This document shows positions 1 to 8,112 of a stretch of 43,009 nt of DNA, one piece after another. The stretch lies in the NCBI GenBank assembly GCA_964603245.1, contig CAZRUL010000006.1:1-43009 (forward strand). Direction: 5' to 3'. The position numbers and the translations under genes are program-made. This DNA comes from an uncultured Piscirickettsiaceae bacterium. Its GTDB lineage: Bacteria > Pseudomonadota > Gammaproteobacteria > PS1 > Pseudothioglobaceae. The notes beneath the pieces were generated by a model that was not told where the DNA came from, did not search any database, and saw only the letters and a program-made list of their open reading frames with translations. Numbering within the stretch: position 1 is the first letter of the stretch; every line of letters begins with the position of its first letter.

Positions 1-101
1 TTTTATAGTATTTAATGATTGATAAACACACGTTAAGCGCAATTGCCATCGTTTTTTGATTTTTGACTGTGATTCTGTCGGTGTTTTTTTTATGCGTTCA
101 A

Positions 102-980
102 TTATCCGCGCGGGTGATGCGTGGCGTGTTGTGCTTTGAGTTGGGCGTTGTGAATGTGGGTATAAATTTGGGTGGTGGTAATATCGCTATGCCCGAGCAA
201 CAATTGCACACTGCGTAAATCCGCCCCCCGTTGTACCAAATGCGTGGCAAATGCGTGGCGCAATGTGTGCGGTGAAAGGGGTTTGTCGATGCCCATTTTG
301 AGCGCGTAAGTTTTGATAATGTAGAAAAAATTTTGCCGACTCATCCCCGATCCCCGATTGCTCAAAAAATAATGATCGGTTTGTCCTTTTTTGAGCAGCA
401 AAGGGCGCGCTTTTTTTTCATAATTTTCCAAATAATCAATCGCCACCTCACCCATCGGCAAAACGCGCTCTTTGTCGCCTTTGCCGTGAACGTGAATATA
501 TTCTTCGTTTAAATGAATGTTGTGATAACTCAAGCCAATCAACTCCGAGACCCGCAGCCCACACGAATACAAAAGCTCCAACATTGCCCGATCGCGTTGT
601 CCAAAAACCGTGTTCAAATCAGGCGCGGACAGTAATAAATCCACTTCGGTAATATTCAAAAAAACAGGTAATTTTTTGCTTTGTTTTGGATGACGTAGTG
701 GCTGAGTTGGATCGCTGGTCACTAATTTTTGATTGAGTAAATATTGATAAAACGTGCGCAAACACGTCAAAATCCGCGCCTGAGTGGCACTGCTCATCGC
801 ATTCGTTTGCCGATGATGAAAATATTGGCTGATGGTTTGACTGCCCACTTCGGTGAGTGGGGCGTTTAGCCATTGCGCAAACAATTGTAAATCTGAGCGA
901 TAAGCCGACAATGTGTTTTTGCTCGCACTTGCTGAGAGCCAATAATAATCCAGAAATTCATCAATTAATTGTGTGTTCAT
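102..980 (-). CDS. xerD: Tyrosine site-specific recombinase XerD
   Basis: 292-aa ORF. N-terminal core-binding segment (KNTLSAYRSDLQLF). C-terminal catalytic segment LRHAFATHL...LLGHSDITTTQIYTHI ending HHPRG, the XerD-type tail. Confidence 0.85.
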   Translation of the reverse strand: MNTQLIDEFLDYYWLSASASKNTLSAYRSDLQLFAQWLNAPLTEVGSQTISQYFHHRQTNAMSSATQARILTCLRTFYQYLLNQKLVTSDPTQPLRHPKQSKKLPVFLNITEVDLLLSAPDLNTVFGQRDRAMLELLYSCGLRVSELIGLSYHNIHLNEEYIHVHGKGDKERVLPMGEVAIDYLENYEKKARPLLLKKGQTDHYFLSNRGSGMSRQNFFYIIKTYALKMGIDKPLSPHTLRHAFATHLVQRGADLRSVQLLLGHSDITTTQIYTHIHNAQLKAQHATHHPRG

Positions 981-1002
981 CAGGATAATTTTGGCAGATT
1001 TT

Positions 1003-1032
1003 TGAGATAAAAAATGCCAGTATTACTGGCAT
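1003..1032 (-). terminator. Rho-independent terminator downstream of rplS
   Basis: 9-bp perfect stem aatgccagt(1012-1020)/actggcatt(1024-1032) with a 3-nt loop. On the minus strand it is followed by a T-run (plus-strand a-run 1008-1013). It lies 26 nt after the rplS stop. Confidence 0.6.
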
Positions 1033-1057
1033 TATGGGAAACAATTTGAGCGTTGCG

Positions 1058-1411
1058 TTATTTTTTTAACTGCAATTTTTCTTTAATTCTGGCAGATTTT
1101 CCAGTCAAACCACGTAAATAATACAGTTTTGCTTGACGCACTTTACCACGGCGTTTGACTTCAATACTGTCAATGGTGGCGGAATGCGTTTGAAAAACCC
1201 GCTCAACACCTTCGCCGTATGAGATTTTTCGCACTGTAAATGCAGAGCCTAATCCGCGATTGCGCTTAGCAATCACTACGCCTTCAAAGGATTGTAGCCT
1301 TTCGCGCTCACCTTCGCGCACCTTTACTTTGACAACAATCGTATCACCCGAGGAAAAATCAGGCAAATCTGATCTGAGTTGCTCGCTTTCAATTTGATCA
1401 ATTAGATTCAT
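1058..1411 (-). CDS. rplS: 50S ribosomal protein L19
   Basis: The ORF-track entry 1058..1537 contains [49 protein letters not shown], a full-length L19 match starting at the internal ATG at 1409-1411. The 42-codon upstream extension has no L19 counterpart. Confidence 0.9.
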   Translation of the reverse strand: MNLIDQIESEQLRSDLPDFSSGDTIVVKVKVREGERERLQSFEGVVIAKRNRGLGSAFTVRKISYGEGVERVFQTHSATIDSIEVKRRGKVRQAKLYYLRGLTGKSARIKEKLQLKK

Positions 1412-1571
1412 AACGTTAATAAATTTGGCAAAAAAACGGGCAATTATACCGTTGTTCTGGGAGATTTCTGCGACTAAAATTCGGCCGCGTTTAAATGTTG
1501 CGATGCTAACAATTTGAAGGTGATAAAAATATGGCATAATTGCGCGCTTGATTATTGGCTGATTTTTATTT

Positions 1572-3011
1572 ATGGGAAAAGTAACTGGTTTTAAAGAATT
1601 TAGGAGAGAAACCCTGCCCTATCGTCCGATTGAGGTGCGCATTCAGGATTACGCAGAGATTTTTTCTACCACGTATGAAATTGCGCATTTGCAAACTCAG
1701 GGCGCGCGCTGTATGGATTGTGGAGTGCCGTTTTGTCAATCGGATAATGGCTGTCCTGTGGATAATTTGATTCCCGAGTGGAATGATTTGGTGTATCGCG
1801 ATCAGTGGCAAGCCGCGTTAATTCGCTTGCATAAAACCAACAATTTTCCCGAATTTACGGGTCGTGTTTGTCCAGCGCCGTGCGAAGGTGCTTGTGTTTT
1901 GGGGATTAACGATCCTGCGGTGACCATTAAAAATATTGAGCAAGCGATTGTAGATCGCGGTTTTGCAGAGGGCTGGATTGTGGCGCATTCGGTGGAATAT
2001 CGAAGTGGTAAACGAGTGGCAATTATCGGCTCGGGCCCTGCTGGGTTGGCGGCGGCTGATGAATTGAATCGACTCGGACACAGTGTGAGCGTGCTTGAGC
2101 GCAGTGATCGCGCGGGCGGATTGCTGATGTATGGCATTCCGAATATGAAATTGGGCAAAGATGTGGTGACGCGGCGGATTGAACTGTTAAAAAATTCAGG
2201 GGTGGAATTTATCACGGGCATCGATGTGGGAAAACACATCAGCATTGCGCAATTACAGCAAGATTTTGCAGCGATTGTGCTGACCACTGGCGCGACTAAA
2301 GCGCGTGATTTGATGGTGGAAAATCGCGAATGTGCGGGCGTGCATTTGGCGATGGAATATTTAACGCACAGCACCAAAACATTGCTGGATACTGGCAAGC
2401 CCGATGCCTCACATTTGTCTGCTCAAGGCAAAGATGTGATTGTGATCGGCGGTGGCGACACGGGCACGGATTGTATTGCCACTGCACTGCGTCAAGGGGC
2501 AAAGTCGATTGTGAATTTTGAGCTGATGAGCAAACCGCCGATTGAGCGCGCCGACAACAATCCGTGGCCGTTGTGGCCGTTGATTTATCGAGTGGATTAT
2601 GGACATGCGGAGGTTGCTCAGGTTTTAGGGCAAGACCCGCGGAATTATCAACTGATGACTAAATCATTTATCAAAGACGATGCGGGCAAACTCACGGGTT
2701 TGATCACGGTGGATGTGGAATTTCGATCGGGAAAATTGCACCAGATTGAGCATAGCGAGCGCAATTGGGATGCGCAGTTGGTTTTGTTGTCAATGGGATT
2801 TGTATCGCCCGAGCATTATATTAGTGAAAATGCTGGCATTGAATTGGACGCGCGCGGCAATTATCAAGCGAATGAGAGCGATTATCAGACTTCTGCGACT
2901 GGCGTATTTACTGCGGGCGATTGTCGCCGAGGGCAATCTTTGGTGGTGTGGGCGATTCACGAAGGGCGCGGGGTGGCGCAAAGTGTGGATCAATTTTTAA
3001 GCGAGCGTTGA
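1572..3011 (+). CDS. gltD: Glutamate synthase small (beta) subunit-type NAD(P)H oxidoreductase
   Basis: 479 aa, starts [10 protein letters not shown]. Has GltD-type Cys clusters (CMDCGVPFC; [12 protein letters not shown]) and two Rossmann motifs ([12 protein letters not shown]; [11 protein letters not shown]). No gltB-like large subunit gene is adjacent. Confidence 0.85.
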   Translation: MGKVTGFKEFRRETLPYRPIEVRIQDYAEIFSTTYEIAHLQTQGARCMDCGVPFCQSDNGCPVDNLIPEWNDLVYRDQWQAALIRLHKTNNFPEFTGRVCPAPCEGACVLGINDPAVTIKNIEQAIVDRGFAEGWIVAHSVEYRSGKRVAIIGSGPAGLAAADELNRLGHSVSVLERSDRAGGLLMYGIPNMKLGKDVVTRRIELLKNSGVEFITGIDVGKHISIAQLQQDFAAIVLTTGATKARDLMVENRECAGVHLAMEYLTHSTKTLLDTGKPDASHLSAQGKDVIVIGGGDTGTDCIATALRQGAKSIVNFELMSKPPIERADNNPWPLWPLIYRVDYGHAEVAQVLGQDPRNYQLMTKSFIKDDAGKLTGLITVDVEFRSGKLHQIEHSERNWDAQLVLLSMGFVSPEHYISENAGIELDARGNYQANESDYQTSATGVFTAGDCRRGQSLVVWAIHEGRGVAQSVDQFLSER

Positions 3012-3220
3012 AAAAACAGTGGCGCAGAAATCAGGCGTTATGTCAATGATTACAACAGCATCGCAAAGATTTTAGAGCGACTCTATCCCATCGGGGGTAG
3101 GTTGAAACACTCCTAATAAATCATAGTGTTGAGTGTAAATGCGTATAATTTCGCAGTTCATATACTTCTGTGTCGCGGTTGGAATAGGGGTTCTTTAAAT
3201 AATTACTGTGGAGAGACAAA

Positions 3221-4537
3221 ATGGCAAAAGAGTTATACAATACTCCTAATCTTGACGAATTAGAAAATGGACCTTGGCCTTCGTTCGTAACGGGCTTAAA
3301 GCGTTTGGCAAATGACGATCACGCAGGTGCGGCGATGGTGCGCGATGTGCTTGGCACATTAGAAACTTCATACGTGACTAAAAAAGGCTACTGGAAAGGT
3401 GGCACAGTTGGCGTGATTGGTTATGGTGGCGGCATCATTCCACGGTTTAACGAATTAAAAGACGAAGATGGAAAATATAAGTTTCCAGCAGCGGGCGAGT
3501 TTCACACGTTGCGCGTTCAGCCCCCAGCAGGAATGCATTACACCTCAAAATTATTGAGAGATATGTGCGATATGTTTGTTGATAATGGTGGTTCTGGCTT
3601 GATTGCATTTCACGGTCAATCTGGCGATATTATGTTGCAAGGCTCAACTGAGGCAACGACGCAAAATATTTTCAATGCATTTAACGACTACGGTTTTGAT
3701 TTAGGTGGCGCAGGTCCAGCGGTTCGCACTGGAATGTCGTGTGTGGGTGCTGCCCGTTGTGAAATGTCAAACACCAATGAACAAGCCGCTTTGCGCACAT
3801 TAGTGAATGCATTTTTAGACGATATGCATCGTCCAGCTTTGCCGTATAAATTGAAGTTTAAAGTGTCAGGCTGTGCAAACGATTGTATGAATTCTATTCA
3901 ACGTGCTGATTTTTCAGTGATTGGCACTTGGAGAGACGATATCAAGATTAACCAAACTGCTTGGAAAGCGATGGTCGCAGACAAAGGTCGTGCGTATGTG
4001 GTGGATAATATTACTTCTCGTTGTCCCACCAGTGCAATTACTTTAAATGAAGACGATTCGGTCAGTATTGATAATGGCAATTGCGTGAAATGTATGCATT
4101 GTCTCAATGCAACTTCACCATTAACGCATAAGTATGTGAAAAATGGTGCCGACGGTGCAATTTTGGCAACAGGCGATGACAAAGGCGTGACCATTTCTAT
4201 TGGCGGCAAGCGCACGTTGAAGATTGGAGATTTGTTTGGCACGACTATGATTCCATTTATGAAATTGGATAATGCCGACGATCGCGAAGTGCTTGAAGAA
4301 TTAGCAGGCGAAGTGCTAGATTTCTTTGCTGAAAATGCTTTGGAGCATGAAAGAACAGGTGAAATGATTGAGCGTATCGGCGTTGTTAATTTTCTTGAAG
4401 GAATTGGTTTGGACGTAGATCCTAATATGGTGAATTCAACGCGCACAATTTCTTATGTTCGAATGGACAAATGGGACGAGGAAGCGGTTAAGTGGTTTGA
4501 AAAGAAAGCCGAAGCTAAAGCCGAAGCCAACGCATAA
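3221..4537 (+). CDS. dsrA: Dissimilatory sulfite reductase alpha subunit (oxidative/reverse type)
   Basis: 438 aa. The N-terminus NGPWPSFVTGLKRL is typical of DsrA. Has siroheme/FeS Cys motifs (CVGAARCE, CANDC) and a ferredoxin-like insert (CPTSAI...CVKCMHC). SD ggagag lies upstream, and dsrB follows. Confidence 0.95.
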   Translation: MAKELYNTPNLDELENGPWPSFVTGLKRLANDDHAGAAMVRDVLGTLETSYVTKKGYWKGGTVGVIGYGGGIIPRFNELKDEDGKYKFPAAGEFHTLRVQPPAGMHYTSKLLRDMCDMFVDNGGSGLIAFHGQSGDIMLQGSTEATTQNIFNAFNDYGFDLGGAGPAVRTGMSCVGAARCEMSNTNEQAALRTLVNAFLDDMHRPALPYKLKFKVSGCANDCMNSIQRADFSVIGTWRDDIKINQTAWKAMVADKGRAYVVDNITSRCPTSAITLNEDDSVSIDNGNCVKCMHCLNATSPLTHKYVKNGADGAILATGDDKGVTISIGGKRTLKIGDLFGTTMIPFMKLDNADDREVLEELAGEVLDFFAENALEHERTGEMIERIGVVNFLEGIGLDVDPNMVNSTRTISYVRMDKWDEEAVKWFEKKAEAKAEANA

Positions 4538-4580
4538 TTCACAATTTAATCAACACAATTAATCGTTAGGAGAAATAAAT

Positions 4581-5660
4581 ATGGCTAAAAAAGCACCACC
4601 AAGAATGCCTATTGAATCTGGTTGTCCCGATCCCATTCAATATATGCATCCAACTATGCGTCGTAATTATGGACAATGGGCATATCACGATCGTCCGCGT
4701 CCAGGCGTATTGCGTCATACTTCAAAAAACAATGAAGTTATTTGGACAGTGCGTTGTGGCACGGCGAGACAAATGGATGTTTATACCATCAAAAAATTGG
4801 CCGACATTGCCGATGAGTATGCCGATGGATTTGTGCGTTTTACGATGCGCTCTAACGTAGAGTTTATGGTGGATGTTGAGTCTAAGGTTGAGCCTTTGAT
4901 TAAAGCCTTAACAGAAAACGACTTTCCTGTGGGTGGCACGGGTCCAACGGTGACGATGATTTCACACACGCAGGGCTGGTTGCATTGTGATATTCCAGGC
5001 ACTGATGCCTCGGGCATAGTCAAGTCACTGATGGACGATTTACACGAAGAATTTGTGAAAGCAGAAATGCCAAATCGTGTTCATATGACCACTTCTTGTT
5101 GTCAAATTAACTGTGGCGGGCAGGGTGATATTGCGCTGAATATTCAGCACACTAAGCCGCCTAAAATTAACCATGATTTAGTGGCAAATGTTTGCGAACG
5201 TCCCACGGTGGTTGCGCGTTGTCCAGTGGCAGCGATTCGTCCAGCGATGGTGAATGGCAAGCCAACGCTTGAAGTAGATGAGAAGAAATGTATTTGTTGT
5301 GGCGCGTGTTTTCCACCGTGTCCACCGATGCAAATTAATGATCCCGAATATTCAAAGATTGCCATATGGATTGGTGGTAAAAATTCCAATGCCAGATCCA
5401 AGCCTTCTTTTCATAAATTAGTGGCCTCTAATTTGCCCAACAATCCACCGAGATGGCCGGAAGTTGGCGCAGTGGTTAAGCAGATTCTTGCTGTTTATAA
5501 AGCAGATGCGCGCGATTGGGAACGAGTTGGAGAATGGGTTGATCGGATTGGTTGGCCAGCATTCTTTGAAAAGACGGGATTGCCGTTCACTAAATTCCAT
5601 ATTTCGGATTGGAAAGGAACGCGTCATCAGTTGAATTCTTCCGCACACATTCATTTTTAA
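4581..5660 (+). CDS. dsrB: Dissimilatory sulfite reductase beta subunit
   Basis: 359 aa. Has HTQGWLHCDIPGTDASG, TSCCQINCGGQGD and the ferredoxin domain CPVAAI...CICCGACFPPCP. Positioned directly after dsrA. Confidence 0.95.
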   Translation: MAKKAPPRMPIESGCPDPIQYMHPTMRRNYGQWAYHDRPRPGVLRHTSKNNEVIWTVRCGTARQMDVYTIKKLADIADEYADGFVRFTMRSNVEFMVDVESKVEPLIKALTENDFPVGGTGPTVTMISHTQGWLHCDIPGTDASGIVKSLMDDLHEEFVKAEMPNRVHMTTSCCQINCGGQGDIALNIQHTKPPKINHDLVANVCERPTVVARCPVAAIRPAMVNGKPTLEVDEKKCICCGACFPPCPPMQINDPEYSKIAIWIGGKNSNARSKPSFHKLVASNLPNNPPRWPEVGAVVKQILAVYKADARDWERVGEWVDRIGWPAFFEKTGLPFTKFHISDWKGTRHQLNSSAHIHF

Positions 5661-5670
5661 AAGGATAGCA

Positions 5671-6069
5671 ATGAAAATTTCTATTCAAATTAATGAAGGT
5701 CCGTATCAGCATCAGGCATCTGATACGGCATATCAATTCGCTAAAGCTGCGATTATGCAAGGACATGAGATTTTTCGTGTGTTCTTCTATCATGATGGTG
5801 TGAATAATGGCACGCGTTTTACCATTCCACCGCAAGACGATCGTAATGTGGTCAAGCAATGGGCTGATCTCAAACAGTCCGATGGCGCTGATCTTGATTT
5901 GGTGATTTGTGTGGCAGCAGCACTGCGTCGTGGTTTATTGGATGAATCTGAATCCAGTAAAAATAGCATTGATGGCAACAACATTCATCCAGCGTTTCGG
6001 ATTTCAGGGTTAGGTCAATTGATTGAGGCTGGAATTCAATCGGATCGTTTGGTTGTGTTTGGAGATTAA
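5671..6069 (+). CDS. dsrE: Sulfurtransferase complex subunit DsrE
   Basis: 132 aa, DsrE/TusD fold. The conserved active-site Cys sits in LVICVAAALRRG. First gene of the dsrEFH triplet after dsrB. Confidence 0.9.
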   Translation: MKISIQINEGPYQHQASDTAYQFAKAAIMQGHEIFRVFFYHDGVNNGTRFTIPPQDDRNVVKQWADLKQSDGADLDLVICVAAALRRGLLDESESSKNSIDGNNIHPAFRISGLGQLIEAGIQSDRLVVFGD

Positions 6070-6070
6070 G

Positions 6071-6475
6071 ATGAAAATAAAGAAATTTATGTATTTAAAT
6101 CGCCGCCCATCCTTTGGCACGGTGTATGCATTAGAGTCTTTAGAAGTGGTATTAATTGCGGCGGCTTTTGAACAAGATGTGTCTTTGGTATTTATGGATG
6201 ACGGCGTTTATCAAATTATTAAAGATCAAAATTCTGATGCGATTGGAATGAAAAACTTTTCCAAAACTTACCGTGCATTAGGCGACTACGACATTAACAA
6301 ACTTTACGTTTCTAAAGAATCTTTGGAAGAGCGTGGATTGACAGCGGACGATTTAATGCCGTTAGTCTATGAAGACGAAGACGACGATTGGGCAGAAAAA
6401 CCATCGGTCAGTGTATTGCCGAATGCCGAGCTTGCTAAAATCATCTCTGCACAAGATGTTTGTTTAAGTTTCTAA
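6071..6475 (+). CDS. dsrF: Sulfurtransferase complex subunit DsrF
   Basis: ATG at 6071 lies 1 nt after the dsrE stop (MKIKKFMYLNRRP...). DsrF/TusC-like size and position. The longer track ORF from 6023 overlaps dsrE and is rejected. Confidence 0.85.
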   Translation: MKIKKFMYLNRRPSFGTVYALESLEVVLIAAAFEQDVSLVFMDDGVYQIIKDQNSDAIGMKNFSKTYRALGDYDINKLYVSKESLEERGLTADDLMPLVYEDEDDDWAEKPSVSVLPNAELAKIISAQDVCLSF

Positions 6476-6491
6476 AAAGAGGAGAATAGGA

Positions 6492-6788
6492 ATGTTACAT
6501 ACGGTAAATAAATCGTCTTTTGAGAAAAATTCATTGCAGTCTTGTTTGAATGTTATTGACGATAGCAGTGTAATTTTATTAATTGAAGATGGCGTGATTT
6601 CTGCCTCAAATAATAACAATTTTTCAATGATTGCAGGTCTCGCTGAGCAGGGTAGAGTGTATGCATTACAGGGTGATGTTGAGGCGAGAGGGCTTTTGAC
6701 AAAGGTTGCGGACAATATTAAATTGGTGGATTATGCGGGGTTTGTGGATTTAGTGGTGGCGCATAAAACCTCAGTTTCTTGGGTTTAA
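6492..6788 (+). CDS. dsrH: Sulfurtransferase complex subunit DsrH
   Basis: 98 aa, DsrH/TusB-like, starts MLHTVNKS with a conserved Cys in SLQSCLNVI. SD aagaggag lies upstream. Confidence 0.85.
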   Translation: MLHTVNKSSFEKNSLQSCLNVIDDSSVILLIEDGVISASNNNNFSMIAGLAEQGRVYALQGDVEARGLLTKVADNIKLVDYAGFVDLVVAHKTSVSWV

Positions 6789-6935
6789 TTTTTATTGAAA
6801 GATAGCAAAACGCAGTTTCGTTGAGATGCAAAGTAAAATAATCAAATTTTGATAAGATACTCATTTGTTGAATGTGGTTTATAGTTGTAAAAAAAACATT
6901 AATTTATAATTTTTTTTAATTAAGGAGATAAGTAA

Positions 6936-7259
6936 ATGGCTGAGATTTTAGGTGCAAAAGTAGATGAAGAAGGATTTTTAATCAATCTTAAGGATTGGAC
7001 GGCGGAAATTGCTGTTCAAATGGCAAAGGATGACGATCTTGAATTGTCTGATGAGCATTGGGGAGTGATTAATTTTTTGCGTGATTATTTTGAGGAATAT
7101 CAAATTGCACCAGCAGTGCGTGTATTGACTAAAGCAATTGGCAAAAAAATGGGCAAAGATAAGGGTAATTCTAAATACCTATATTCTTTATTTCCATACG
7201 GTCCAGGCAAGCAAGGTTGTCGTTTTGCGGGTCTGCCAAAGCCGACAGGTTGTATCTAA
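6936..7259 (+). CDS. dsrC: Sulfur carrier / sulfite reductase substrate protein DsrC
   Basis: 107 aa. The C-terminal arm is GCRFAGLPKPTGCI, with two Cys separated by 10 residues and the second one penultimate, which is the DsrC signature. Strong SD aaggag. Confidence 0.92.
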   Translation: MAEILGAKVDEEGFLINLKDWTAEIAVQMAKDDDLELSDEHWGVINFLRDYFEEYQIAPAVRVLTKAIGKKMGKDKGNSKYLYSLFPYGPGKQGCRFAGLPKPTGCI

Positions 7260-7275
7260 CACCGACTTGATTTAG

Positions 7276-7310
7276 AAAACGCCTCTTATTTTAAAAGGCG
7301 TTTTTTATCT
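7276..7310 (+). terminator. Rho-independent terminator (or attenuator) after dsrC
   Basis: 9-bp stem aaaacgcct(7276-7284)/aggcgtttt(7296-7304) with an 11-nt loop, running into a T-rich tail. It starts 17 nt after the dsrC stop, and dsrM starts at 7338. Confidence 0.6.
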
Positions 7311-7337
7311 TTTTAACGTTAAGATTAGAGAATAAAT

Positions 7338-8111
7338 ATGTCTGCGATAAGCATTTTTTTTACCGCTTTATTTTATATTTCGTTAGCCATATTTGTCATT
7401 GGTATGACGAGGAAGGTGTATCAATATTGGATAACACCTGCACCGCTTAAAATTCCTATTGCTCCCGCTCCGCTAACCCAGACTGGTGTGATTTTTCGGA
7501 TGATTCGAGAAGTGACCTTGTTTGAAAGTTTGTTTAAATCCAGCAAATGGACTTGGCTTTTTGGCTGGTTATTTCATTTTGGTTTGTTGCTGGTTTTGTT
7601 GCATCATTTGCGTTATTTTTGGCCGGGCGATTTGCCTGAAGTATTTTTGTTAATGCAGCCTTTTAAATATGCGGCTTTTATGTTGTTAATCGGCTTGTTC
7701 GGCTTGTTGGGTCGTCGTATTTTTGTGGATAGAGTGCGCTATATTTCTGCGCCGAGCGATTATTTAATGTTGATATTGTTGCTCGTTATCGCCATCAGTG
7801 GCACGGTGATGACCTTTACTTCAAATCACACCGATGTGATGATGGTGAAAGGCTTTGCTTCGGGTTTATTGACGTTTAATTGGGCAAATTTACCGACCGA
7901 AGTGCATTTTTTGATGCATCTTTTTTTAGCGCTGGTGCTAATAATGATATTTCCGATTTCTAAATTGTTGCATGTGCCAGGTATCTTTTTTAGTCCGACA
8001 CGTAATCAAGTGGACAATGCGCGTAAAAAACGCCATATTTCTCCTTGGGCTTTAGCGCAAGAACAGCAACAGGAAGTAAGATTAGAACAAACTATTGGCA
8101 AGGATGAGTAG
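7338..8111 (+). CDS. dsrM: Membrane diheme b-type quinol-interacting subunit DsrM (NarI-like)
   Basis: 257 aa, about 5-6 hydrophobic helices with conserved His (HFGLLLVLLHH; HLFLALV...LLHV). Position matches dsrM. Confidence 0.85.
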   Translation: MSAISIFFTALFYISLAIFVIGMTRKVYQYWITPAPLKIPIAPAPLTQTGVIFRMIREVTLFESLFKSSKWTWLFGWLFHFGLLLVLLHHLRYFWPGDLPEVFLLMQPFKYAAFMLLIGLFGLLGRRIFVDRVRYISAPSDYLMLILLLVIAISGTVMTFTSNHTDVMMVKGFASGLLTFNWANLPTEVHFLMHLFLALVLIMIFPISKLLHVPGIFFSPTRNQVDNARKKRHISPWALAQEQQQEVRLEQTIGKDE

Positions 8112-8112
8112 C

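Noticed and set aside
102-980. A mobile element or genomic island signal: a tyrosine recombinase, an excisionase-like HTH at 20012, and tRNA genes at 21680 and 35775 as potential integration sites.
   Set aside because: The recombinase has the housekeeping XerD signature. The HTH gene is 19 kb away from it. No direct repeats of tRNA 3' ends, phage, IS or conjugation genes are visible, and flanking genes are core metabolism.
998-1013. An exact 16-mer tttttgagataaaaaa shared by 998-1013 (the rplS terminator tail) and 19987-20002 (just upstream of the HTH gene).
   Set aside because: It has only two copies and extremely low complexity (T5-GAGAT-A6) in an AT-rich genome. The second copy has no adjacent hairpin. 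A genome-wide count would be needed before calling it a motif.
1802-2398. Long antisense ORFs inside well-supported genes: 198 aa opposite gltD, 182 aa (3898-4446) opposite dsrA, 195 aa (37993-38580) opposite kdsA, 163 aa (17065-17556) opposite tsaE, 155 aa (24654-25121) opposite oadB, 146 aa (30407-30847) opposite folD, and 150 aa (39237-39689) opposite dapB.
   Set aside because: Their products are low-complexity or Cys/Arg-rich with no family resemblance. Each lies wholly within a gene with strong motif support. The kdsA case is codon-in-phase and stays open simply because kdsA almost never uses TTA, CTA or TCA (leucine is mostly TTG/CTG here). These are typical shadow ORFs, and only Ribo-seq could rescue them.
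3144-3149. A perfect TATAAT 72 nt upstream of dsrA as the dsr operon promoter.
   Set aside because: No acceptable -35 lies at 16-18-nt spacing (the nearest TTGAGT is only 9 nt away). AT-rich spacers contain TATAAT-like hexamers by chance. It is kept as a note, not a feature.
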